Shown here: in pieces, positions 8,673 through 20,154 of the stretch
Layout: every line of letters begins with the position of its first letter
How positions within the stretch are numbered: position 1 is the first letter of the stretch
Source of the DNA: Candidatus Dadabacteria bacterium
GTDB taxonomy: Bacteria; Desulfobacterota_D; UBA1144; Nemesobacterales; Nemesobacteraceae
Length of the DNA stretch: 64,000 bases
Direction: 5' to 3'
Assembly: GCA_022822065.1 (NCBI GenBank)
Contig: JAJECI010000001.1
Coordinates: 23,141-87,140, forward strand
Program-made: the position numbers and the translations under genes
Notes under the pieces: generated by a model
Seen by the model: only the letters and a program-made list of their open reading frames with translations
What the model was told of the DNA's origin: nothing
The model's database searches: none

Positions 8673-10598
8673 TTGATGAGTGAAATACGACTTGAATTTT
8701 TGCCCAATGTAGGAGGGGAAGCCGAGGGCCTCAGTGATGGGGGCATAGAAACTTTTCGCGAAAATCCATTCGCCGCTGTTGCCCGTGAAACAGGCCAGAA
8801 CAGCCGCGACGCCCGCGACGATACTAATAACCCAGTAAAACTTACTTTCGACATCGTGACGCTAGAGTCAGAGAAATTTCCGTCTATCGAGCAGTACAGA
8901 GAAGCCGCCGAACTTTGTCTGGATAAATCATCCGCGGCAAATAAAGAGAAGGAAACGGGCTTCTTCGGGAATGCTTGCAAAATTCTTAATGCCGAAAATA
9001 TCAGGATTCTCAGAATTTCAGATTTCAATACAAAAGGCGTTCGTGGACCATGTAAAGAGGGTACCCCCTTCCATACGCTTGCTAAAACTGACGGCGTCAG
9101 TGAAAAGGAGGACAGAGACTCTGGTGGTTCTTTCGGCATAGGCAAGAACGCAACCTTTGCCCTTTCAGATATCCAGACTGTCTTCATTTCAACTCTCTAC
9201 ACAGATGAGAACGGAAACGGTCAGGTTCTCTGTATGGGAAAAACATTATTTATTTCTCATAGAGGAAACGATGGGGAGGAGAAAAGGGGGAAAGGATACT
9301 GGGGCAAGTCAGAAAGATATATGCCGTTAGACAGCCCCAGTGAAATTCCGGAATGGCTTCTGCGTGATAAACAGGGAACCTCAATTTTCTCCATCTGCAT
9401 GCGTGACAACCGGACAGACTGGCGCTACGAAATGGCAGCAGCAATACTGATCAATTTTTTCTGCTCTATAGAGCGCCAAGAAATGGAATTTGAAATTGAT
9501 GAGGGGTCGATCAAAATTAATCGTGGAACACTTCAGGCACTTTTCAGCAACAGCCGGGTCAACAAAGCTGTAGATGAGCTTAATGCACGTGTCGCGTTTG
9601 AAACAGCGAGAACCCTCCATGCCTGTCTGATTGATGAGCAGACTTTCATAGAAAATCTGGAGATCGAAGACTTGGGAACGGTCCGCATGCATATGCTGAT
9701 GCGTGACGGCCTTGGATATACAATCGGTATCATCCGTAACGGCATGTATATCACCGACAATCTCTCCCATTTTAACGAACCCTTCAAACGCTTTCCGCTC
9801 CACCGTGATTTTGCTGTAATTATTGAGCCCGTCGGTAAAAGAGAAGGTGAGTGGTTCAAACGACTTGAGAATCCCAGTCATAACAGTCTGTCTGCAGAGG
9901 GAATAACCGACCCTGAACTCAGAGCCAAGGGGCGTAAAGCTTTTGAGAAACTTGCAAAAAAAATACGCAGCAGAATCCAAGCGTTGGCCAAGTCACAGCC
10001 GTCGAATACACTGGAGCTCGATGAACTGAATGATTTCTTCGCCTCGGATGAAACAAGAAGCGAAGATGATGCCGGAATGGAAACAGATCCCCAATCAAAA
10101 AAGCCCACGCCTGTCAGGCCTGTAAAACCCAAGCCACCAACTCCTGATTCCCGCAAACAAACTTCACCAGATGACCCTCCTATCCCCGGACCCGAACCCG
10201 GACCTGAACCAGTTGATGAACCCTCTCCAGATCCGGAGCCACGACCGGAGCCCGGACCAGTACCACATCCAAGGAAGATCATGAAACCAGTTGAATTGAT
10301 ATCAGAACGTGCCCTGATACCGGACAAGTCAAATGCGAGCAGAAGGCAGTTCAGATTCACTTCGCCCATTTCTGCAGAGATCGTGCTCTATGCCGATGCA
10401 ACCGGCTTGACAAACTCTGAACGTCTAAACCCAGTAAGCACATCGGAAGGCCGAATCGAGAACAGTGCTATTGAAGTGTCTTGCACAGCGAATCAGCGTA
10501 ACAGCATTGATGTGGTCTTTGATGCCCCTTATACCGGCCCTGTCGAAATCTTAGCTTACCAAGTTGAAGAAGAACAACAGGCAGGAGAGTCGGCATGA
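8673..10598 (+). CDS. GHKL-superfamily (MORC/MutL/Hsp90-like, HATPase_c_3-type) ATPase with a Pro/Glu/Gly-rich linker and a C-terminal domain of unknown function.
   Basis: Bergerat-fold motifs are the N-box AVARETGQNSRDA (ExxxNSxDA, nt ~8787-8816), a G1-like ISDFNTKGVRG and the G2 box GGSFGIGKNA (nt ~9124-9150). A PEPGPEP-rich linker is at ~10080-10280. The start is TTG at 8673 or ATG at 8676, with an AAGAGG RBS. The stop overlaps the next gene's ATG (ATGA at 10595-10598). Confidence 0.7.
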   Translation: MMSEIRLEFLPNVGGEAEGLSDGGIETFRENPFAAVARETGQNSRDARDDTNNPVKLTFDIVTLESEKFPSIEQYREAAELCLDKSSAANKEKETGFFGNACKILNAENIRILRISDFNTKGVRGPCKEGTPFHTLAKTDGVSEKEDRDSGGSFGIGKNATFALSDIQTVFISTLYTDENGNGQVLCMGKTLFISHRGNDGEEKRGKGYWGKSERYMPLDSPSEIPEWLLRDKQGTSIFSICMRDNRTDWRYEMAAAILINFFCSIERQEMEFEIDEGSIKINRGTLQALFSNSRVNKAVDELNARVAFETARTLHACLIDEQTFIENLEIEDLGTVRMHMLMRDGLGYTIGIIRNGMYITDNLSHFNEPFKRFPLHRDFAVIIEPVGKREGEWFKRLENPSHNSLSAEGITDPELRAKGRKAFEKLAKKIRSRIQALAKSQPSNTLELDELNDFFASDETRSEDDAGMETDPQSKKPTPVRPVKPKPPTPDSRKQTSPDDPPIPGPEPGPEPVDEPSPDPEPRPEPGPVPHPRKIMKPVELISERALIPDKSNASRRQFRFTSPISAEIVLYADATGLTNSERLNPVSTSEGRIENSAIEVSCTANQRNSIDVVFDAPYTGPVEILAYQVEEEQQAGESA

Positions 10599-11428
10599 AG
10601 CTGAATGAGAGAATGCGTTATCCGCACCCTGTTCTAAGCAAATTTTCCTCCGATTATACGACTGGGGAGTTTTCTGCGGCTTTCTCTCATCAGGTTACTG
10701 ATGACGACCAGTTGAAAATTGCTTCAGACTTGTCCACTGACTGTGATGAATTGAGAGTTCTTATCGAAGATCAGAAGGCTTCCGCAGGATATTTTGTTGT
10801 ATGCAGACCCACATATTTCAACCACCTTCAGCTCGTTCCACTCGGAGAGTCAGAAAAATTCTTTGAATTGAGTCAACTTTATGGAGCGGTTTCTCTGCGT
10901 CCCGTAATATGGACCCTTGAAGATGTCGAAAATTATTCGAGCCCTTTAATTGACGCTGAATTCGGCAAGGAAATTGTCATAACAAAAGGTGTAGTTATAG
11001 CTATGGGGCGAGAGTTCCAGTTTTCTATTGATCAACAGAAATTCAAACCATTTGAAACCATATTCGACCTAGCTCAGAGCAAAGACATCAAACCGGGAAT
11101 GATCGAAGTTGATCCTGAAGGGGACAAAATTACAATTCTAGCAGAACCGGAAACCTACAATTCTATCGCCAACATGCGAAATATCCTTCAGGGACGCACA
11201 ATTCTTATTAACGCTGTCTACATGCCAGCCGTCATGGACATTGTCTCAAGACTTCAGACAGACGGCCCAAGCTTGGAGAGCAAACGCTGGTACAGAGTTT
11301 TCAAGGCAAAATGCGACGATATTGGCATCAATCCGTCAGATAAGACCTTCTTGCCTCTTGAGGTTGCACAGGAACTTCTGAGAGGCCCTCTAAAGGCAAC
11401 CATACAAGTCATGGAGTCCATGAGATGA
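10595..11428 (+). CDS. 277-aa hypothetical protein, third gene of the candidate operon.
   Basis: Translationally coupled on both sides by ATGA overlaps. I recognise no conserved motifs. Confidence 0.5.
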   Translation: MKLNERMRYPHPVLSKFSSDYTTGEFSAAFSHQVTDDDQLKIASDLSTDCDELRVLIEDQKASAGYFVVCRPTYFNHLQLVPLGESEKFFELSQLYGAVSLRPVIWTLEDVENYSSPLIDAEFGKEIVITKGVVIAMGREFQFSIDQQKFKPFETIFDLAQSKDIKPGMIEVDPEGDKITILAEPETYNSIANMRNILQGRTILINAVYMPAVMDIVSRLQTDGPSLESKRWYRVFKAKCDDIGINPSDKTFLPLEVAQELLRGPLKATIQVMESMR

Positions 11429-12180
11429 ATGAACCTCTTAAGTATCTCTCGGACAGGGCGTTGTCAGAACTTAGAAACTCTATCTCGGAAAATATTGAGC
11501 GGTATACAGGCAATGGTTTTGAGGAATATGCTTTTCTGCCGTCATGGGATATCTCTCTGAAAATCAACTTCGACAAGAATCTCCTTGCTACGCTTGATAC
11601 GAAACGGCAACGCGCAATTGTCGAGATTGATCTTGCAAATTCAAAAATTGTCGGCAAGGCACTGGAAAACCTGACGCCATCACTGGCGAATGAAGAGCGC
11701 ATCTGGGTTCGTCTTTCTCATCTGGAAGCATTTGAATACAGTAGAATACGCTGGCTTACAGGAAAAGAAGGTGAGTATCTTGTTTCCTCCATAGAAAGAC
11801 ATTTCTTTGCGCCCACTCAAACAATCATCCGTGATGACCATGCACTGTCGCGACTATGGTGGAACTATCATATTGCACGAACCTGCATGCCAGACAATAT
11901 AGATAAGGCTTTAGAGCTTATCCTGAAAACCGCTGACATCAGAAGTAACTTTGTCGAGCGAATCTGGATGAGCAGCCGCAGAAACATCGCAGGTGCTGTT
12001 CTGCGGGCAATGGATACACAGGAATGGATTACCGATGCCGAACAGAACTTTCGCGAGTTCATGAAAGTACTCAACCGTCAAGGCGGCGGAATCGTTTTTG
12101 AAGCCCTGAGCGAGTCAGAAGCCGATGCATTTGTTCAGGAATGTACAGACCGAGCAATGAACATAATGGGAGCAGTTTAA
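11425..12180 (+). CDS. 251-aa hypothetical protein, last gene of the candidate operon.
   Basis: ATGA overlap with the upstream gene. No recognisable motifs. An AT-rich non-coding region follows. Confidence 0.5.
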   Translation: MNEPLKYLSDRALSELRNSISENIERYTGNGFEEYAFLPSWDISLKINFDKNLLATLDTKRQRAIVEIDLANSKIVGKALENLTPSLANEERIWVRLSHLEAFEYSRIRWLTGKEGEYLVSSIERHFFAPTQTIIRDDHALSRLWWNYHIARTCMPDNIDKALELILKTADIRSNFVERIWMSSRRNIAGAVLRAMDTQEWITDAEQNFREFMKVLNRQGGGIVFEALSESEADAFVQECTDRAMNIMGAV

Positions 12181-12430
12181 TTCTAAATATTATTCCAATT
12201 CAGGGTTGTGCCCTCAGCGGACTCCAAGAAAAAATAGACGTTTCACAAGGCTCGGGTTCGTCTGCGCCCGCCGTCGATTTGTCATTCCGTTTGCATACCC
12301 CCGTTCGCCACGAGGCTTGTTTGCCCTTGCTTTTATGTTCTTAAAAGTTATTTTTTCGTTTTTTCTTCATTCATTATGGATAATAATTCACCTGAAAATA
12401 GTAAAAATATCAGAGAATTAGAACAAAAAA

Positions 12431-12459
12431 TTGATATTTCTTCAATATACCGTTATTAT
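12431..12459 (+). promoter_or_regulatory. Putative sigma70 promoter for the Panacea-domain pair.
   Basis: TTGATA (12431-12436), 17-nt spacer, TATTAT (12454-12459). Confidence 0.35.
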
Positions 12460-12488
12460 CATGACCGAAAGTCAAATGGGAGAGTCCG

Positions 12489-12962
12489 GTGGCACGGATT
12501 AAAAGTACCGTTCAGGATGTCGCAAAATATATCCTGAAGAGGCTTGCTTCTAAGGGTGAAGATAACATCACTTCTTGGAAGCTTCAAAAATTAGTTTATT
12601 ACTGTCAAGCGTGGTCGTTAGTCTGGGAGGAGGCCCCTCTTTTCTTGGAAGAAATACAAGCTTGGGCCGATGGGCCGGTCTGTCCTGACCTTTACCATAA
12701 ACATAAGCGTAAATTCAGGCTTGACCCTGATGATATTAAGGGAAACACAAGGAAGTTGTCTCCCAGTCAGCGAGAAACGATTAATGCTGTTTTGGACTAC
12801 TACGGAGATAAAACAGGACGCTACTTAAGCGACCTTACACATCTTGAAAGACCATGGATTGAGGCTCGTGCTGGTTTACAACCTGGGGAGAGAGGTAGTG
12901 TTGTAATTGAGTATAACGACATGGTTGATTACTATGGCGGCTTAATTAATAGTGCCGAGTAG
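12489..12962 (+). CDS. Panacea-domain (DUF4065, SocA/GepA-like) protein, putative antitoxin.
   Basis: …SWKLQKLVYYCQAWSLVWEEAPLFLEEIQAWADGPVCPDLY… matches the DUF4065 core. GTG start, 157 aa. Confidence 0.65.
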   Translation: MARIKSTVQDVAKYILKRLASKGEDNITSWKLQKLVYYCQAWSLVWEEAPLFLEEIQAWADGPVCPDLYHKHKRKFRLDPDDIKGNTRKLSPSQRETINAVLDYYGDKTGRYLSDLTHLERPWIEARAGLQPGERGSVVIEYNDMVDYYGGLINSAE

Positions 12963-13407
12963 TAAAAAGAAGAAACTAACTAGAAAACCTAAGCAAGACC
13001 AAAACCCAGCAACTCTTTCAAAGACCCCTAAATCGATTTCCACAAGTGTTAGCAATGAACACTTCCGCTGGGATGTAAGGAACGCTGACTTTGATGGCGA
13101 GTACGGATGGAAGAAGGTTGAGATAAAAACTTTGTTCCGAGAAATCATTCCTAAACTCAGACAGTTTGAAAGCATGAAGTGGGGAGAAATTGAGGGAGAG
13201 GATAGTCATTTTGTTGATGTGGATAAGTGTAGTACAGAAGCTCAGAAACGCTTGAAAAGAATTAAACTAGATGACTTGGAACAGCTGTTCTCTTTGCGAA
13301 TAGGGGGCAAAAAGCGGATATTTGGCTGGCGGGAAAAATCAGTTTTTCATGTGCTTTGGTGGGATCCAGACCATAAAGTTTATCCGTCAAAAATGAAGTA
13401 CACTTAA
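12952..13407 (+). CDS. 151-aa basic hypothetical protein, putative toxin partner of the Panacea protein.
   Basis: Its GTG start overlaps the upstream gene by 11 nt. It has a Lys-rich N-terminus and a conserved-looking FHVLWWDPDHKVYP block. Confidence 0.4.
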   Translation: MPSSKKKKLTRKPKQDQNPATLSKTPKSISTSVSNEHFRWDVRNADFDGEYGWKKVEIKTLFREIIPKLRQFESMKWGEIEGEDSHFVDVDKCSTEAQKRLKRIKLDDLEQLFSLRIGGKKRIFGWREKSVFHVLWWDPDHKVYPSKMKYT

Positions 13408-13636
13408 TTCCTAACTGACATTGTATACAATCTCCCAAAGTCCCCTTTTCAAAAATCCCCTGAATTTTTGGCTAGCTATGTATGTTATTCCCTCTGAAAG
13501 CTGTTGAGAAAAACCTTAAAAAAGGGGAAAATAGACGGAAGTGGAAAGCGAAATTGCACAATATCGTTTTCGGGTGGGAGCAAAAACCATAAAATTTCCA
13601 GACACGGAGCGTAATTTCTCCCGCGCGGCAGCCTAG

Positions 13637-14632
13637 GTGCCTATGGACGGAATCAGGGAACTTGAACTTGAGAACATAGAAGCGGTAAAGGTCCTCTACG
13701 GGGAACTTAACTCGAATCTCAAGGAAATAGAAAACGAATTCGACATAAGCATCCACACCCGGGGCAACAAAATCACTCTCAAGGGGAATGAGGAAAGGAC
13801 CGCGGAAGCGGGCATGCTCATGGGGCAGATGTACTCGCTTATAGAGAAGGGCTATGTTCTCCAGCCTTCCGACATAAAAATAGCGAAGAGGCTTCTCAGC
13901 CAGAAAGACGCCTCCCTTGAAGAGATATTTCTCGACACGATCTGCATATCCGTACGGAAAAAAATAATAAGCCCCAAGACCATAAACCAGAAACTCTACA
14001 TCGACGCGATAAGAAGAAACGACATGGTGTTCGGCATAGGACCCGCGGGAACGGGAAAAACCTATCTGGCAATGGCGATGGCCGTCTCGGCGTTTACGAA
14101 TAAGAAGGTGAACAGAATAGTGCTCGCGCGGCCCGCCGTGGAGGCTGGAGAGAAACTCGGGTTCCTCCCCGGCGATCTTCAGGAGAAGGTGAATCCCTAC
14201 CTGAGACCTCTTTTTGACGCTCTTTACGACATGATGGAATTTGAGAAGGCAAACAGGCTGATTGAAAAGAACATGATTGAAATCGTTCCGATAGCCTACA
14301 TGAGAGGAAGAACACTGAATGACGCGTTCATAATTCTCGATGAAGCCCAGAACACAACGGCGATACAGATGAAGATGTTCCTCACCCGACTCGGGTTCGG
14401 CTCAAAAACGGTCATAACGGGAGACATAACCCAGATAGACCTGGCCAGGGACCAGAGCTCGGGACTTATCGAAGCCATGAACATCCTCTCAGGAATAAAG
14501 GGGATAGAGTTCGTCAACTTCTCAAAGACCGACGTCATAAGGCACCCGCTGGTCATGAGAATAATAGACGCGTACGAAAAAATTAAGGATAATGTCAGCG
14601 GACGTACCCCCGCAACAGGAGAAAACGAATGA
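13637..14632 (+). CDS. phoH: PhoH-family ATPase (phosphate-starvation-inducible protein).
   Basis: Walker A GIGPAGTGKTYLAMA and a typical PhoH C-terminal region. The start is GTG at 13637 or ATG at 13643. Confidence 0.85.
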   Translation: MPMDGIRELELENIEAVKVLYGELNSNLKEIENEFDISIHTRGNKITLKGNEERTAEAGMLMGQMYSLIEKGYVLQPSDIKIAKRLLSQKDASLEEIFLDTICISVRKKIISPKTINQKLYIDAIRRNDMVFGIGPAGTGKTYLAMAMAVSAFTNKKVNRIVLARPAVEAGEKLGFLPGDLQEKVNPYLRPLFDALYDMMEFEKANRLIEKNMIEIVPIAYMRGRTLNDAFIILDEAQNTTAIQMKMFLTRLGFGSKTVITGDITQIDLARDQSSGLIEAMNILSGIKGIEFVNFSKTDVIRHPLVMRIIDAYEKIKDNVSGRTPATGENE

Positions 14633-15018
14633 AAATACTCGCCGTCTTTTTTCTCGCAGCCATGCTGCTTGCTCCCTCGTGCAGGAGATGGGAGAACCCG
14701 GCGACTTCCATGGTGTCGGCCGACAAATCCGTAGCGGTTCTTATTCTTAACCCCTCTGTGTACACGATGCAGGAAGTGCGCGTCAGGGGAAAGGTGTGGG
14801 AAATTAAAACAACGGAAGAACCGGCAGAATCAACGATCTTCAAACTGGCCGACAGCGACGGAAACTACATAACGGTCGTCTGGGAAAAGGAACTCTTCTT
14901 CTCAGAAGGAAACATAGTCGAAGCGGCAGGCCTTTTTGACAGCAACTTCATCTCCTCTGAGAACAGGTTTGACCCCAAGCTTACGGCGCAGACAATCGAG
15001 GTTCTGAAAGGGGACTGA
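14629..15018 (+). CDS. Lipoprotein of unknown function.
   Basis: Signal peptide plus lipobox (LLAPSC). ATGA overlap with the phoH stop. Confidence 0.5.
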   Translation: MKILAVFFLAAMLLAPSCRRWENPATSMVSADKSVAVLILNPSVYTMQEVRVRGKVWEIKTTEEPAESTIFKLADSDGNYITVVWEKELFFSEGNIVEAAGLFDSNFISSENRFDPKLTAQTIEVLKGD

Positions 15019-17574
<2,556 letters not shown>

Positions 17575-17582
<8 letters not shown>

Positions 17583-19173
17583 CTGAAAAACTGACTTGGG
17601 TTACCGAAATAATATTCTCTATGGTGGAAATTTCCCGGATAACTTCCTCGCTAACCTCGACATCGACGTTCGTAAACACTATAGCTTCCCCGCCGACGGA
17701 TTCTCTTCCAAGATGCATCCGTCCGATGTTTACGCCGTTTTTCCCGAGAACGGAACACATTGAGCCTATGAAGCCCGGGCGGTCATAGTTATGGCTAACG
17801 AGCAGGAATCCCTCGGGAACGACGTCTATCTCAACCCCGTTCACCTTGACTATCCTTTCGTGGTTCCCGCCGAAAACACTCCCCGAAATCTCGTTGGCCC
17901 CCTCGCGGGTCGTGACAGCCACGGTAATGAGGCTTGTGTACTGGCTCATGGCCGCGGATTTCGACTCCACCACTTTTATCTTCCTCTCCTCGGCTATCGA
18001 CGGAGCGTTCACGTAGGTCACCGAGATGTCCATTATATGCGAGAAAAAGCCTTTCAGCACGGCAACCGTGAGGTGCTCGGAGTCCATTTCGGCCGCCTCG
18101 CCCTCGTAAGTTACCTCTATCGTGCGAACCGCACCCTTGCAGAGCTGCCCGTGAAGACTGCCTATCTTCTCGCAGATTGACATATACGGCCTCATGACGG
18201 CAAGCTGCTCCGTCGTAAGCGACGGCATGTTAACCGCGTTTCTGACAACCCCTTTCTGCGCGAAATCTATAAGCTGCTGCGCCATGGTGGTCCCGACCTT
18301 TATCTGCGCCTCCTCCGTGGAAGCACCGAGATGCGGGGTAAGCACTATGTTCTCATCAATGGAAAGAACCGGGTTTTCGGGGTCTATCGGTTCCGAGGTG
18401 TAAACGTCAAACGCCGCTCCTCCCACCTTGCCTTCGCGGAGAGCCTCGGCCATATCCGCCTCGTTCACTATGCCCCCCCTGGCGCAGTTAATCACTATGA
18501 CCCCTTCTTTCATCTTCGCAAAAGACTCGGAGTTTACAAGATCCCTTGTCTCGTCCGTAAGGGGCGTGTGTACCGTTATAACGTCCGAGCGGTGGAAAAG
18601 CTCGTCCAGGGAGACAAGCTCGATGCTGAGCTTCTTCGCGGCTTCCTTGCTGAGGTAAGGATCGTACGCGATCGCCTTCATCTTAAGACCCATGGCGCGC
18701 TCCGCCACCAGCTTTCCTATGTTTCCGAGGCCCACGAGTCCTATCGTCTTTCCGTAGACCTCGACTCCCTTGTACTTGTTTCTCTCCCACTTGCCCGATT
18801 TTATCGAGGAGTGAGCCTGGGGGATTCTCCTGGCGAGGGAAAGCAGCAGCGTGATTGTGTGCTCCGCAGTGGTTATCGAGTTTGACTCGGGGGTGTTCAT
18901 AACGGCCACCCCGTTTCTGGTCGCGGCGTCAAGATCTATGTTGTCTATTCCTATGCCGGCGCGTCCTATGATCCGAAGCCTGCCGCCCGAAGCCTCTATG
19001 ACTTCCTTGGTGACCTTCGTGGCGCTTCTTACCACGAGGCCTTCGTAGTCCTTTATTATATCCGCAAGCTCGTCGGGAGAGATGCCTTTTCTCTCGTCAA
19101 CCTCGACTCCCTCGGCCGCCTTGAGAAGTTCAAGGCCCTGCTTAGCAAGTCCGTCAGTTATAAGTATTTTCAA
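17575..19173 (-). CDS. serA: D-3-phosphoglycerate dehydrogenase with C-terminal ACT domain.
   Basis: NAD-binding [13 protein letters not shown] and a 2-hydroxyacid dehydrogenase fold. The likely start is TTG at 19173, 5 nt after a GGAGGA, giving MKILITDGL…. The listed ATG at 19206 would add 11 residues. Confidence 0.85.
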
Positions 19174-19333
19174 GAGATTCCTCCGGGATGGCGGGATAAA
19201 AACCACTAAGATAATAGTTAAACGAAAGACAATGTCAATCAGTCAGGCCGTGTTTTGAGAGCGGGCGCGCGGAACCCGCGGGGAAGCGTAAAATTGTTAA
19301 AAACCGCGATTTGGGTTAACCTAACCTGCTGCA

Positions 19334-20095
19334 ATGAAAGAAGAAAGCGGCATGAACTTTATTGAGCACGCAGAGGAACTCAGAAAAAGAATCATATATT
19401 CCCTGATTCCGATACTTGTCTTCTTCGTCCCCTGCTACATTTTCTCAAAGCAGCTCTTCGACCTGCTCATGGGACCCATAATAAGGAGCCTGCCGGAGGG
19501 AAGCTCCCTAATATTCACCCGTCCGGCCGAGGGGTTTCTTACCTACCTCAAGGTATCGCTGTTTTTCTCCTTCTTCCTTTCTGTTCCGTTCATTCTGTAC
19601 AACGCCTGGCATTTCGTTTCCCCGGCGCTTTACAAGAGGGAAAAAAAGGTCGTTATCCCGCTCGTGACGGTCGGAACCCTGTTTTTCGTCCTGGGAGCGC
19701 TTTTCTGCTATTTCGTCGCCGCCCCTCAGGGACTGCGGTTCCTGCTCGGCGAATACACGACCGAGTACGTAAAGGCGTTTCCGAGCATAAAGGAGGCTCT
19801 ATCGTTCCTTACGGCGCTCATGATAGGTTTCGGGCTCGTGTTCGAGTTTCCGCTCGTGATCTTCATCCTGTCGAGGCTGGGCCTCGTTACGGCCGGGTTT
19901 CTCGCGAGGCAGAGAAAATACGCGCTTTTGATAAACGCCATACTGGCTGCTTTCATTACCCCGACAACAGACGCCGTGTCGATGATGTTCATGCTCGTTC
20001 CGCTTTTCATTTTCTACGAACTGGGAATAGTTATCGCAAAAATATTCGCCAAGAAAAGACCCGAAACGGAACCGGCGGGGGAAGAATTCAGCTAG
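19334..20095 (+). CDS. tatC: Sec-independent protein translocase subunit TatC.
   Basis: Six TM helices and a typical TatC sequence (…HLEELRKRII…FTRPAEGF…). Confidence 0.9.
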   Translation: MKEESGMNFIEHAEELRKRIIYSLIPILVFFVPCYIFSKQLFDLLMGPIIRSLPEGSSLIFTRPAEGFLTYLKVSLFFSFFLSVPFILYNAWHFVSPALYKREKKVVIPLVTVGTLFFVLGALFCYFVAAPQGLRFLLGEYTTEYVKAFPSIKEALSFLTALMIGFGLVFEFPLVIFILSRLGLVTAGFLARQRKYALLINAILAAFITPTTDAVSMMFMLVPLFIFYELGIVIAKIFAKKRPETEPAGEEFS

Positions 20096-20154
20096 ACAGA
20101 AAGACCTGACCCTTGATCGGGAGCCCACCCCCCGACGGGGAAAAGGAGGAGAAA

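Noticed and set aside
10080-10280. Repetitive ccggacccgaacccggacctgaacc DNA, a possible tandem repeat.
   Set aside because: It is in frame within the GHKL ATPase gene and encodes the PEPGPEP linker. This is a coding low-complexity tract rather than a repeat element or CRISPR array.
12240-12310. GC-rich patch with gggttcg inside the AT-rich spacer, considered as a tRNA fragment or attachment site.
   Set aside because: It does not fold into a T-arm or acceptor structure and has no CCA or conserved T-loop (GTTCRANYC).
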